Below are positions 22,001 to 31,252 of a stretch of DNA of 64,000 bases, piece by piece. The notes under the pieces were generated by a model. That model was not told the origin of the DNA and searched no databases. It saw only the letters and a list, made by a program, of their open reading frames with translations. This stretch comes from an uncultured Rivularia sp. (lineage in GTDB: Bacteria > Cyanobacteriota > Cyanobacteriia > Cyanobacteriales > Nostocaceae), in contig OY762007.1 of assembly GCA_963665115.1 (NCBI GenBank), positions 7,168,001-7,232,000 of the forward strand. The letters run 5' to 3'. Position 1 is the first letter of the stretch. Every line of letters begins with the position of its first letter. Both the position numbers and the translations under genes were made by a program.

Positions 22001-22189
22001 TTAAACTACGAAAAAGTTTAAAATTCCAACTACGACTACCAAAGCAAACCAAGCCGCAGAACCAATCCAGAGGAATCTCTTGGATTCAACCCAGGTTTGA
22101 GGAGTTGCATAAGCAACGGGTACGCCAACTACCATGACGAAAGATAAAGCAACTAAAGCTATTAAAGCAATTTGGAATAGGATGGTCAT
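22001..22189 (-). CDS. psbZ: Photosystem II reaction centre protein Z
   Basis: 62 aa; FQ...[14 protein letters not shown]...W...LNFFVV. Confidence 0.96.
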   Translation of the reverse strand: MTILFQIALIALVALSFVMVVGVPVAYATPQTWVESKRFLWIGSAAWFALVVVVGILNFFVV

Positions 22190-22340
22190 TTTTCTTTTCT
22201 CTTAGACGGAAAGTTCTAAAATTCTATATTCACTACAACCAATGTACATTATTGGTGTTAGATTCCAGACACTCTACTAGTTTAGATTTTTTGCGCTACT
22301 TGCTGCAAGGGGATGAGAAGGATTTTAATTTAGAATACGT

Positions 22341-22432
22341 GGCGGTTGAAACCGCGCGCCATTTGCTACAACGGAGGGAACCTCCGCAACGCAATGGCTT
22401 GTCTACACAAGCGAAACCCACCTTTGTAGGTT
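22341..22432. repeat. Dispersed small repeat carrying a nested ~44 bp insertion
   Basis: An uninterrupted reverse-complement copy lies at ~45831-45878; variants at ~23531-23590 and ~32568. Confidence 0.65.
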
Positions 22433-22470
22433 GTGGAAGCTTTTAGGTAATGTGAAAAAATTGCACTCAT

Positions 22471-23046
22471 TTACCAAATCATCTGTAAATCCAACACGAA
22501 ACCAGGTAAAACATCTTCACCATTCAAACTATTGGGATTATCGAAAATTTCTACTTCTTTTCCAATTCGATAAATTTCAACTTGGCGATTTTTACGATTA
22601 ATCAACCAACCCAAACGTACACCATTACTTTTATATTCTTCCATCTTTTGTTGAGTTGTTTTCAAACTATCGCTTGGTGAAAGTAACTCAATGACAAAAT
22701 CGGGAGAAAGCGGTAAAAATTTAGTTTTTTGTTCAGGTGTTAATGCATTCCACCGTTCTAATTTTACCCAAGAAGCATCTGGAGAGCGATCGGCACCATT
22801 AGCAAGTTTAAAACCACCAGAAGAATCAAAGACAATTCCCAGGTTGTTTTTTTGATTCCATACCCATAATTGAGCAGTTAATCCTGCATTACGATTGCTG
22901 CTTTCTCCTCCCACTGGTGGCATAATTACTATTTCCCCGGTAGCATTGCGTTCAAATCTTAAATTTTGATTTGCTTGACATAGCTGAAAGAATTGCTCGT
23001 CTGTTAAATCAATAATTGGGTTTAAATTTAGTGTTAAGCCTTGCAT
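22471..23046 (-). CDS. Uma2 family PD-(D/E)xK endonuclease (DUF820)
   Basis: RSPDASW, PDFVIELLSPSD, KMEEY...GVRLGWLI and GEDVLPGF motifs. Confidence 0.93.
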   Translation of the reverse strand: MQGLTLNLNPIIDLTDEQFFQLCQANQNLRFERNATGEIVIMPPVGGESSNRNAGLTAQLWVWNQKNNLGIVFDSSGGFKLANGADRSPDASWVKLERWNALTPEQKTKFLPLSPDFVIELLSPSDSLKTTQQKMEEYKSNGVRLGWLINRKNRQVEIYRIGKEVEIFDNPNSLNGEDVLPGFVLDLQMIW

Positions 23047-23070
23047 GATATTAAAATAATATATTTATAA

Positions 23071-23409
23071 CTAAGCATTGATAAACTTTTCAGCAGCATT
23101 CGCTAATGTTTCATCCATCCAAGCATTGATACTTTTACCGGATTTTTTCGCTGCAATAAAGATTTTGCGGTGATTTTCTGGAGTTGTACGGAAAGGAAGT
23201 TTACCAGAAAAAGGTTTTTCGGGTTTTTCACCTAAATCTTCGCAGTAAGCAAGATAATCATCGACTGAATTATGAAATTCTTGACGTGCTTCTTCAACAG
23301 TTTCCGCTTTGAATGTTATTACGTCATTAATATCGATAACTCTGCCAAATAAAATCGATGCTTCTGTATCTACTTCAATGATTGCTGTATAGCCTTTGTA
23401 AGTCATCAT
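23071..23409 (-). CDS. hicB: HicB family antitoxin (orphan copy 1)
   Basis: MMTYKGY...SVDDYL...PEKPFSGK...SINAW; start set by alignment with copy 2. Confidence 0.88.
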   Translation of the reverse strand: MMTYKGYTAIIEVDTEASILFGRVIDINDVITFKAETVEEARQEFHNSVDDYLAYCEDLGEKPEKPFSGKLPFRTTPENHRKIFIAAKKSGKSINAWMDETLANAAEKFINA

Positions 23410-23432
23410 AGTTCGATTTATGCTTTTTTCGA

Positions 23433-23453
23433 TGATATCATGATACGATATCA
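23433..23453. promoter_or_regulatory. Putative HicB operator, copy 1
   Basis: TGATATCA-N5-CGATATCA; same half-sites and spacing as 25971-25991. Confidence 0.65.
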
Positions 23454-23620
23454 ATATAAATGCGTTCGCAAACCCCGATCGCATTGGTGTGGTTTGCCAA
23501 ATCTTGCACTTCTCGCAATCAACAAAAACGCCCGCGGGTTGGAAACCTGGGGCTACAGAAGCAAAGCCCGTCTAAGCCGCAGCTTCGCTGAACACGGGCT
23601 AAGATTATTTTTGTATAGAT

Positions 23621-23690
23621 TGTAGGTTGGGTTAGGCGCACAAAGAATATAAATTTTAATTAGGAATTAAATTGCAACCTAACCCAACAT
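23621..23690. repeat. GTAG-type REP-like hairpin
   Basis: TGTAGGTTGGGTTAGG...CCTAACCCAACA; related elements at 25313-25348 and 43042-44154. Confidence 0.7.
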
Positions 23691-23691
23691 T

Positions 23692-23747
23692 AACCCATTT
23701 TTGATCGTCTTTTCCCCACTCGTTTAGCAGTTTTAGTGCTTTACTAA
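23692..23747 (-). pseudogene. Internal fragment of a ParD-like antitoxin gene
   Basis: Near-identical to 25111-25166 (SKALKLL.EW.KD.QKWV). Confidence 0.7.
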
Positions 23748-23822
23748 ATTTATTATAAATGTTATAAGATGCTATCAAAGGTTGGTTGGTAGTTGCAAGT
23801 TTAACGAAATAAATTAATTTAT

Positions 23823-23999
23823 ATGACAACTGATAAACTTTCTGAAGAAAAGGTTGAAAAAGTACAAATATTTCCACACCCTTTAGCAAAAATTGCTGGT
23901 AAGTTTAAAGGAGAGTTTTGGGAAAGCACTTTGAAGAATATTCAGAATTTTAGAAAGAGAGAAAAAGAAGAAAATAACAGGTTTTTTGATAATCAATAA
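23823..23999 (+). CDS. Small 58-aa protein not in the ORF track, possible orphan antitoxin
   Basis: MTTDKLSEEKVEKVQIFPHPLAKIAGKFKGEFWESTLKNIQNFRKREKEENNRFFDNQ*; HP..K.AG.F...W pattern seen in small cyanobacterial antitoxin-like proteins. Confidence 0.55.
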   Translation: MTTDKLSEEKVEKVQIFPHPLAKIAGKFKGEFWESTLKNIQNFRKREKEENNRFFDNQ

Positions 24000-24089
24000 T
24001 TGTTTGGGTAAGTTTAAGTGAATTAAACATTCTGAAAGACTGAATAAATAAATGATATAATTAAATTTAGTAACTATTTTGTTATAGTA

Positions 24090-24311
24090 ATGCCTCTCAC
24101 AGAACTTTTACCTCATTTAAAACAACTATCCCAAAACGATAAACTTTTGTTATTGCATTTCTTAGTTAACGAAATGTTGAATGAATCTGGTTTAGTTCCA
24201 TTAGATAATCAAGACAAAACATCAAACCTTGGTTTACATGACTCATTTGAAGCTGCTGCTGTTTTAGCACAAGCTTTAGCAGAAGCCAAAAAAGCACCAA
24301 CAAATGGTTGA
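24090..24311 (+). CDS. Small hypothetical protein coupled to downstream protease
   Basis: 73-aa ORF overlapping 24304 by 8 nt. Confidence 0.7.
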   Translation: MPLTELLPHLKQLSQNDKLLLLHFLVNEMLNESGLVPLDNQDKTSNLGLHDSFEAAAVLAQALAEAKKAPTNG

Positions 24312-24717
24312 TAAAGTCAGATTTCCATTCATTCAAGCAAATCCAGATTTGGGAGAATTAAGTACATTTCCCTATCTTCCTTTGACTTTAAGCTATCAAA
24401 ATCAGTCTTGTAAGGTATTGGGTTTATTAGATACAGGTTCGAGCGTTAATGTCTTACCTTACGAAATCGGATTGAGATTGGGAGCAATTTGGGAGCGTCA
24501 AACAATGTCCGTTCCTTTAGGAGGTAATTTATCTCGATTTGAAGCAAGAGCATTAGTTGTAACGGCAACAGTAGAATCATTTTCTCCCGTAGAATTAGCT
24601 TTTGCTTGGACGAAAGATAGAAATGCTCCTTTAATTTTGGGACAGATGAACTTTTTCTTGGAATTTGATGTATGTTTTTATCGTGCTGATTTAGCTTTTG
24701 AGATTAGTAAAAAATAA
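24304..24717 (+). CDS. Retropepsin-like (clan AA) aspartic protease
   Basis: LLDTGSS catalytic motif and ILGQMNF (ILG-x-x-F) motif. Confidence 0.82.
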   Translation: MVDKVRFPFIQANPDLGELSTFPYLPLTLSYQNQSCKVLGLLDTGSSVNVLPYEIGLRLGAIWERQTMSVPLGGNLSRFEARALVVTATVESFSPVELAFAWTKDRNAPLILGQMNFFLEFDVCFYRADLAFEISKK

Positions 24718-24722
24718 ATAAA

Positions 24723-24935
24723 TCAAGCCGACATCAAACCCCGCTTCGGTTCAGGAATATTATGTCCTAAATCTTGAGCAGTTTCAATCCACTCTTGCAT
24801 AACTATCTCCACATTTTGCAAAGCTTCTTGATAATTTTCACCGTCAGCGGCGCAACCGGGTAATTCTGGTAATTCTGCAATAAATGCTTCGTCTTCTTGA
24901 CTGTAGTAGAGGATGATTTTGTAGCGGAGTTTCAT
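24723..24935 (-). CDS. hicB: HicB-like antitoxin, short form
   Basis: AELPELPGCAADGENYQEAL...WIETA...IPEP. Confidence 0.88.
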   Translation of the reverse strand: MKLRYKIILYYSQEDEAFIAELPELPGCAADGENYQEALQNVEIVMQEWIETAQDLGHNIPEPKRGLMSA

Positions 24936-24988
24936 ATATCCTCTTCTAATTCTTTATTTGCTTCTGAGGAGATAATATGTTGTTTCAT
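24932..24988 (-). pseudogene. Truncated ParE/RelE-like toxin start (18 codons)
   Basis: MKQHIISSEANKELEEDI*; ATGA overlaps with the parD stop and with the hicB start. Confidence 0.6.
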
Positions 24989-25251
24989 GATTGATTCTCT
25001 CTAACTTTGCGTAGCTTCTCTCGCAGTCGCTCAACTACAACTTCGCCATCAATACCTTCACCTCTTTCTAATTGCTCAACAGCAACTTCTACTTTTTGAC
25101 GAGTTTCTTCAACCCATTTTTGATAGTCTTTTTCCCACTCGTCTAGCAGTTTTAGTGCTTTACTAATAACTTGTTCTGGATTTTCATATTTACCCTTAGC
25201 AATTTGCCCTTGAATAAATTGCTCATCTTCGGGCTTGAGTCTAATATTCAT
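24985..25251 (-). CDS. parD: ParD-like ribbon-helix-helix antitoxin
   Basis: MNIRL...FIQGQIAKGKYEN...VISKALKLL...LERGEGIDGE. Confidence 0.82.
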   Translation of the reverse strand: MNIRLKPEDEQFIQGQIAKGKYENPEQVISKALKLLDEWEKDYQKWVEETRQKVEVAVEQLERGEGIDGEVVVERLREKLRKVRENQS

Positions 25252-25350
25252 GATTTTTTTGAATATGGATAAGCATGGAAGTACTTTTTATTATGACGCA
25301 ATGGCTTTTAGATTGTAGGTTGGCTTCACGGTGTCCAACCCAACCTACTA

Positions 25351-25689
25351 CTAAGCATTAATAAACTTTTCAGCAGCATTCGCTAATACTTCATCCATCC
25401 AAGCATTAATACTTTTGCCAGATTTTTTTGCTGCGATAAAAATCTTGCGGTGATTTTCTGGAGTTGTACGAAAAGGAAGTTTTCCAGAAAAAGGTTTTTC
25501 GGGCTTTTCACCCAAATCTTCACAGTAAGCAAGATAATCATCAACCGAATTATGAAACTCTTGACGTACTTCTTCAATCGTTTTTGCTTTAAATGTTATT
25601 ACGTCATTTATATCGATAACTCTGCCAAATAGTATTTCGGCTTCCGTATCTACTTCAATAATTGCTGAATAGCCTTTGTAAGTCATCAT
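25351..25689 (-). CDS. hicB: HicB family antitoxin (copy 2)
   Basis: Near-identical to 23071-23409; ATGA-coupled to upstream hicA remnant. Confidence 0.9.
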   Translation of the reverse strand: MMTYKGYSAIIEVDTEAEILFGRVIDINDVITFKAKTIEEVRQEFHNSVDDYLAYCEDLGEKPEKPFSGKLPFRTTPENHRKIFIAAKKSGKSINAWMDEVLANAAEKFINA

Positions 25690-25948
25690 AGTTCGATTCC
25701 AGCTTTAATTAAAAATTCTCTAACAGATTTAACGGCTCCTTTATCGGTTTCTTTTTCTAGATGTAGTTCGTGAAAAACAGCTTTTACATTATTCAATTTA
25801 ACCCTTACCCGCGAACCTTTTCCTTGACTAACATTTACTCACCCAGGGCTACAAATAAACTTTCAATATTGTTCCAAAGGATATTTGCAGGTATTGGATC
25901 TGTAAAAATCAACTCTAGCGTTTTGTGTTGCTTGTTATTTAGATCCAT
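25686..25948 (-). pseudogene. hicA: HicA toxin, frameshifted
   Basis: MDLNNKQHKTLELIFTDPIPANILWNNIESLFVALG, frameshift at ~25835, then NVSQGKGSRVRVKLNNVKAVFHELHLEKETDKGAVKSVREFLIKAGIEL*; usual FHRPHP reads FHELHL. Confidence 0.8.
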
Positions 25949-25970
25949 TAGGAATACTCCTAATTACAAA

Positions 25971-25991
25971 TGATATCACTAAACGATATCA
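25971..25991. promoter_or_regulatory. Putative HicB operator, copy 2
   Basis: TGATATCA-CTAAA-CGATATCA, 22 nt upstream of the hicA start. Confidence 0.65.
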
Positions 25992-26086
25992 TGAAAAAGC
26001 GATCGCCATTTTTATTTTTGCTGAAAACTACGGTAATAGCAATTCTGGACGAAAGCATTTAAAGAAAATTTGGTAATTATTTTTAT

Positions 26087-26115
26087 TTGACAAAAGAGTA
26101 TCAGCGTTGTATTGT
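26087..26115 (+). promoter_or_regulatory. Near-consensus sigma70 promoter
   Basis: TTGACA (26087-26092), 17 nt, TATTGT (26110-26115). Confidence 0.65.
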
Positions 26116-26121
26116 TTGCTA

Positions 26122-26250
26122 CATAGCACTGAATTAAGTGTAGAGTTGGCAAGACGTGGTGTCTTGATAAACTAGAAAATGGCAACCAGACCTTTAATTC
26201 CTTTTGGTCTGGTTGTAAAAAGCACAGTCAGGCATAAGCTAAGACTTAAG
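26122..26250 (+). ncRNA. Candidate structured sRNA or leader
   Basis: Three consecutive hairpins right after the promoter, including an 11-bp stem 26182-26192/26206-26216; no ORF. Confidence 0.35.
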
Positions 26251-26367
26251 TTCACAAATTTATTGCTATTTATCTCTATACTAAAAAACGTATTTTTCTC
26301 TTGGGTATTAGACAATTATATAAATCAGCTAAAATTGCCAATATAACTTTACACGAGATAATTACCA

Positions 26368-26568
26368 ATGAAAATTAAAGCGGTAATCTGGCAAGAAGAT
26401 GATGTATGGTGCGCTTCTGTACCAGCTTTACCTGGGTGTCACACTTGGGGTAATAGTTATGAACATTTATTAGAAATGCTCGAAGATGCTATCCAAGGTT
26501 GGTTAGAAGTTGCAAGCGAAAGAGAACAGGTAGATCCACAGAAAAAATTAGTTGAATTATCGCTATGA
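26368..26568 (+). CDS. hicB: HicB-like antitoxin
   Basis: WCASVPALPGCHTWG...EDAIQGWL. Confidence 0.88.
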   Translation: MKIKAVIWQEDDVWCASVPALPGCHTWGNSYEHLLEMLEDAIQGWLEVASEREQVDPQKKLVELSL

Positions 26569-26774
26569 AAGCTGTATCAGGAAAAGCGCTGTGTAAAATT
26601 CTTGAGCAGCGAGGTTGGGTGCTAAAAAGAATGACTGGTAGTCATCATATTTATTCAAAAGAAGGAATAGATTCAATTATTTCTGTTCCCGTTCATAGTA
26701 ATCGCGATTTACCAATTGGTACATTGAAAAGCATTATGAAGGATGCACAACTTGAGGAAGATGATTTAAGTTGA
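26565..26774 (+). CDS. hicA: HicA mRNA interferase toxin
   Basis: GWVLKRMTGSHHIY...SVPVH...LPIGTLKSI; ATGA overlap with hicB. Confidence 0.92.
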   Translation: MKAVSGKALCKILEQRGWVLKRMTGSHHIYSKEGIDSIISVPVHSNRDLPIGTLKSIMKDAQLEEDDLS

Positions 26775-26911
26775 TAGCAATTTTTCGTATTCAAAATCGT
26801 GCTTAATCCCCTCTGCGTACCTCCGCGCAAACCTCCGCGCCCCTCTGCGTTTAAAAAAAAACCGCACAAAGTACGGGCTAAAAAAACAACAAATTAAATC
26901 CGAATTTCTAC

Positions 26912-29900
26912 CTACTCAATCCCTTCAATCTTATCCTCAACCTGCTGATACAATTCCCGCAACTTATCCAAGTTACTTTCATCTGTATCCCAGTAACCTC
27001 TACCATTAGCTTCCAACAATGAAGTCACCATCTTTCTAAAAGAATGCGGATTTAAGTTCAATAACCTTTCCTGCATTTCCTGATCTTTCATAAAGGTGTC
27101 ATTGGTATCTTCGTAAACCCAGTTATCAACAGCATCTGCTGTTGCACTCCAACCAACTGTATTTACTAAGCGTTTGGATAATTCCCTCACTCCTTCGTAA
27201 CCGTGAGATAACATCCCTTCATACCACTTAGGATTCAACAATTTAGTTCGAGAATCCAAGCGCACGGTTTCCGACAAAGTACGAACTTGGGCGTTTGCTG
27301 TGGTGGTATCTGCCATGTAGGATACTGGCTTTTTACCATCTTTCCGCAAGCTAGCTACTACTTTGGTGGGATCGGAATCGTAGTAGTGGGAAACGTCGGT
27401 TAAACTAATTTCGGAGGAATCTAAGTTTTGGAAGGTGACATCGGCAGTTTGCAATGCACTTTCAAAGATTTTCCGCGAGTTTTCCATCATTCCTGGGTTA
27501 TCTGCGGTGAATGCAAAGGATTTGCGTTTCAGGTACATTTCCTGTAATTCCCCTTCTTCTTCCCAAGTACTATTTTCCACCGCTAAGTTGATGTTGGAAG
27601 AGTAGGAGCCGGAAGCGTTGGAAAATACGCGGGTTGCTGCTTGACGCAAATTAATTCCCATTTCTTCGGCTTGCTTGAGAGCGTGTTTTCTCACAAAGTT
27701 CATTTCTAAGGGTTCGTCGGCTTCTGCTGCCATTTTTACCCCTTGATCTAACAGGTTCATTTGGTTGACAAACAAGTCGCGGAATACGCCGGAGCAGTTA
27801 ATTACTGCATCGATTCTCGGTCTTCCCAACTCTTCTAAGGGTACTAATTCTAACTTGTTGACTCTTCCCAAAGCATCTGGAACCGGCCGCACGCCTACCA
27901 TCCACATTATCTGTGCTAGTGATTCCCCGTAGGTTTTTATATTGTCGGTTCCCCATAATACACAGGCGATGGTTTCGGGATATTCGCCGCCGTTGTCGCG
28001 CATTTGTCTATCTAACAATCTATCTACAACGACTTTCGCAGATTTAACTGCTGCCATTGTAGGAATTGATTGCGGATCTAAAGCGTGGATATTTTTACCT
28101 GTAGGTAAAACGTCGGGGTTACGAATTGGATCTCCTCCGGGGCCCCAGGTAAAACGTATTCACCTTCCAATCCTTTGAGTAATGCTCCGAGTTCGTTATC
28201 GGCGCATACTTGTTGTAAACAGAATTCCAAGTATTCAAATAAGGGTTTTAATGCTTCCTTATCAACATTGGGATAACCTGCTTGATGCAAAGCTTCTATC
28301 CAAGGTTCTTTTTTACCCATATTGAAGAAGTTCAATTTGGAAACCAGGGATACTCTACCTTCTGCGTCGATTTGCGCTTTCACCAATGCACCAACGGTTT
28401 CGCGGGTAGTAGTTGTGATGTGTTGCAGCAATTCCACATCTTCTAAAATACCTTTGTCGCTGTTACGATAAATTTCTTCGATGTCGCGTTTAATACTGTT
28501 AGCTATAATCCTTGGTAAGCTAATCAGTTCAGACTCTTCTCGATCTAACTCAGCGATATTAACCAAAGTAGCGATTGCTTCCTCTGCCGTGGGGGGCTTA
28601 CCAACTACGTGTAAACCACATGGCAACAGTCGCGATTCTATCTCCATCAACCGACGGTAGACGCTACCAACGATATTATCGCGCTCTTCTGCGGACATTT
28701 CCTTGCAACTGTCTTCCGGCAAGTTGATATCTTTATCTAAATTCACCATCCGGGCTTTATCCATGATGGTATCGACGATTGCAACTCCTCTTCCGGTGTC
28801 TTTGAGGGTTTGGTAGGAACCAATTAGTTCGCTTAATTCTTTCAAACCTTTATATAAACCGGCGTTTTCTGCGGGGGGTGTTAAATAAGATATCGTTTCC
28901 GCATAGCTGCGACGTTTGGCAATTGTGGCTTCACTGGGATTATTTGCAGCGTAATAATATAAGTTGGGAATCGTACCAATTAAACTATCGGGATAACATT
29001 CACCCGACATTCCCATTTGCTTTCCTGGCATAAATTCCAAGGAGCCGTGAGTACCGAAGTGCAGTACCGCGTCGGCACCCCAAATTTTTTCCAGGTATGT
29101 GTAGTATGCAGCAAAACCGTGGTGGGGACTTGCAGAGCGGGAAAATAACAACCTCATTGGATCGCCTTCATAACCAAATGTTGGCTGTACCCCAATAAAT
29201 AAGTTACCGAAATGCTTCCCGTAAACTAATAAATTCTGTCCGTCGCTGTTTAAATTTCCTGGAGGTGCCCCCCAATTTTCTTCCAAACGCTGGGAATATG
29301 GTGTTAATTCTTCATATTCCGGAACCGACATCCGATAAGCAACGTTTAATTCGGGGCTGGCATACTGTGCCTGTACGTCGTGGATGACTTGTTCCATTAA
29401 CTCTTTGGCACTACCAGGTAATTCGGGTAAATCGTAGCCATTATTTTGTAAAGCTTTCATTACCTCGTATATGGAACCGAATACATCTAAATATGCTGCG
29501 GTTCCGACATTACCTTTATCCGGTGGGAAGCTAAATACAGTAATCGCCACCTTCTTATCTAACTTGGGCTTACGGCGCAAATTCGCCCATTTCATTGCTC
29601 TTTGAGCAACTGCTTCAACTCTATCTTGGAGAGCGATCGCCTTCCAGTAGCGCCATCTTTACCAGATAAAATTATCGGTTCAATCGCACCATCTAATTCG
29701 GGTATGGCAATTTGTAAAGCGACCTGAATCGGATGCAATCCTAAATCGCTTTCCATCCATTCTTCGGTAGTTTGGAATACCAAAGGTAAGGCAACCATAT
29801 ACGGACGATTTAACCGCTTCAACGAGTCAATCGCCTTCGGGTGGTCTTGTCTGGCGGGACCACCAACTAAAGCAAATCCTGTTAAAGATACTACAGCATC

Positions 29901-30924
29901 AATTAAAGGAGTGCCTTCCTTATTACCTTTATTTAACGTAGAAGTTTCATAAAAATAAGCATCTACTGGCTTAGAAAAATCCAAACCACCAGCGAAAACG
30001 GGAATTACCTTAGCTCCCATCGCTTCAAATTCCTGGACAAGTGCCACATAATGTGCATCATCACCAGTAACCAAGTGAGTCCGCTGCAATACTAAACCAA
30101 TACAGGGCGCTAAGGGATCTTTTAAATCGTCAGAAATATCCTTACGGCTACTAAACCAGTTGAGATACTCCTTCACATCCTCAAACATCGTCGGCGCTAA
30201 AGGATGCCAAACTCCCATATCGGGATACACAACCGGGGCTTGATATTCTTTTGCAAAAACGAAATTGCTTTGATCGACATCTTTTAAAACATATTTATCA
30301 GCCAGCATTAATAAGAAGTTCTCTAAATTATCAGAAGAGCCTCCCAACCAATACTGAAAACTCAACATGAAATTACGAGCATCTTGAGCCTTTTCAACCG
30401 GCAGATACTTTAATACAGAAGGCAGAGTCCCGCAGCAGCTTCAACATTCCATCTTGAAAAGACGAACCGGATTTCTCCTTGCGCTTCTTCATAAAGCTGG
30501 CGATCGCACTCTTTGACTGTCCCAAATTCGCCAAGGAAAAGCTACCCATCTTATTCAGACGCATAACTTCCGGCATCGAAGGGAAACATACAGCCACATC
30601 AAAGTTATCGCGATGGGGCTGCACTGCTGCAACTACCTTCTGAGCTAAATCTTCAATAAAAATAAGTGAAGCGATAAAAACATTCGCGGTTTCTACATCC
30701 TTCTGAAACTGTTCGTAATTTTCTGGCGAACGAAGTTCCTCAATCAAATAACCGCTGATTTCAATAGCAATGTTGGGGTGATTATCGTTTATAGTCCGTA
30801 CCGCTTGTGATAAAGCACTCTGATACTGGGACTCTAACACGACATAGACCACCTTAATTAAATGTCGCCCTTCGAGGTTATCAGGCTTGATGTGTCTAAT
30901 GGTGGACTTGACGTGAGTAAACAT
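26912..30924 (-). CDS. chlH: Magnesium chelatase subunit H, split by three frameshifts (~30430, ~29642, ~28140)
   Basis: MFTHVK start at 30924; [33 protein letters not shown] and [11 protein letters not shown] motifs; frames join across homopolymer runs. Confidence 0.95.
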
Positions 30925-31252
30925 ACGTTTCCTCGCTCCTATGATGCGTGTTCTCTGGTTCGGCACTAAATGTTTTTTATCAGAAATTGCCGCCTTTATG
31001 GACGTTTTGTCGTCTAACTGACACAATTCGATAAATTTAAACAATTTTTGCTTTACATTACTTTACGTTTTTTTGGTGTGCTTACTCACATTTAGTAAAT
31101 TATTTGTAATATTTATATTTGGTTATTTGGTTATTGATGGATAAAAGTTTATAAAACCTTACTAGAGCGCTAAGGACGCTAAGGGAAGAGGTTAAAGAGA
31201 GGTTATGGTGCGGAATGTGGGTTATAAATGTGGGGTTTTTACGGAGAATTTT

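Noticed and set aside
23656..23889. 77-aa minus-strand ORF as a real gene
   Set aside because: It is a composite of the antisense of the 58-aa ORF, the parD fragment and hairpin DNA.
26912..30924. chlH as four genes, a pseudogene or programmed frameshifting
   Set aside because: Breaks are in short homopolymers, the protein is otherwise conserved, and the same error type recurs across unrelated genes.
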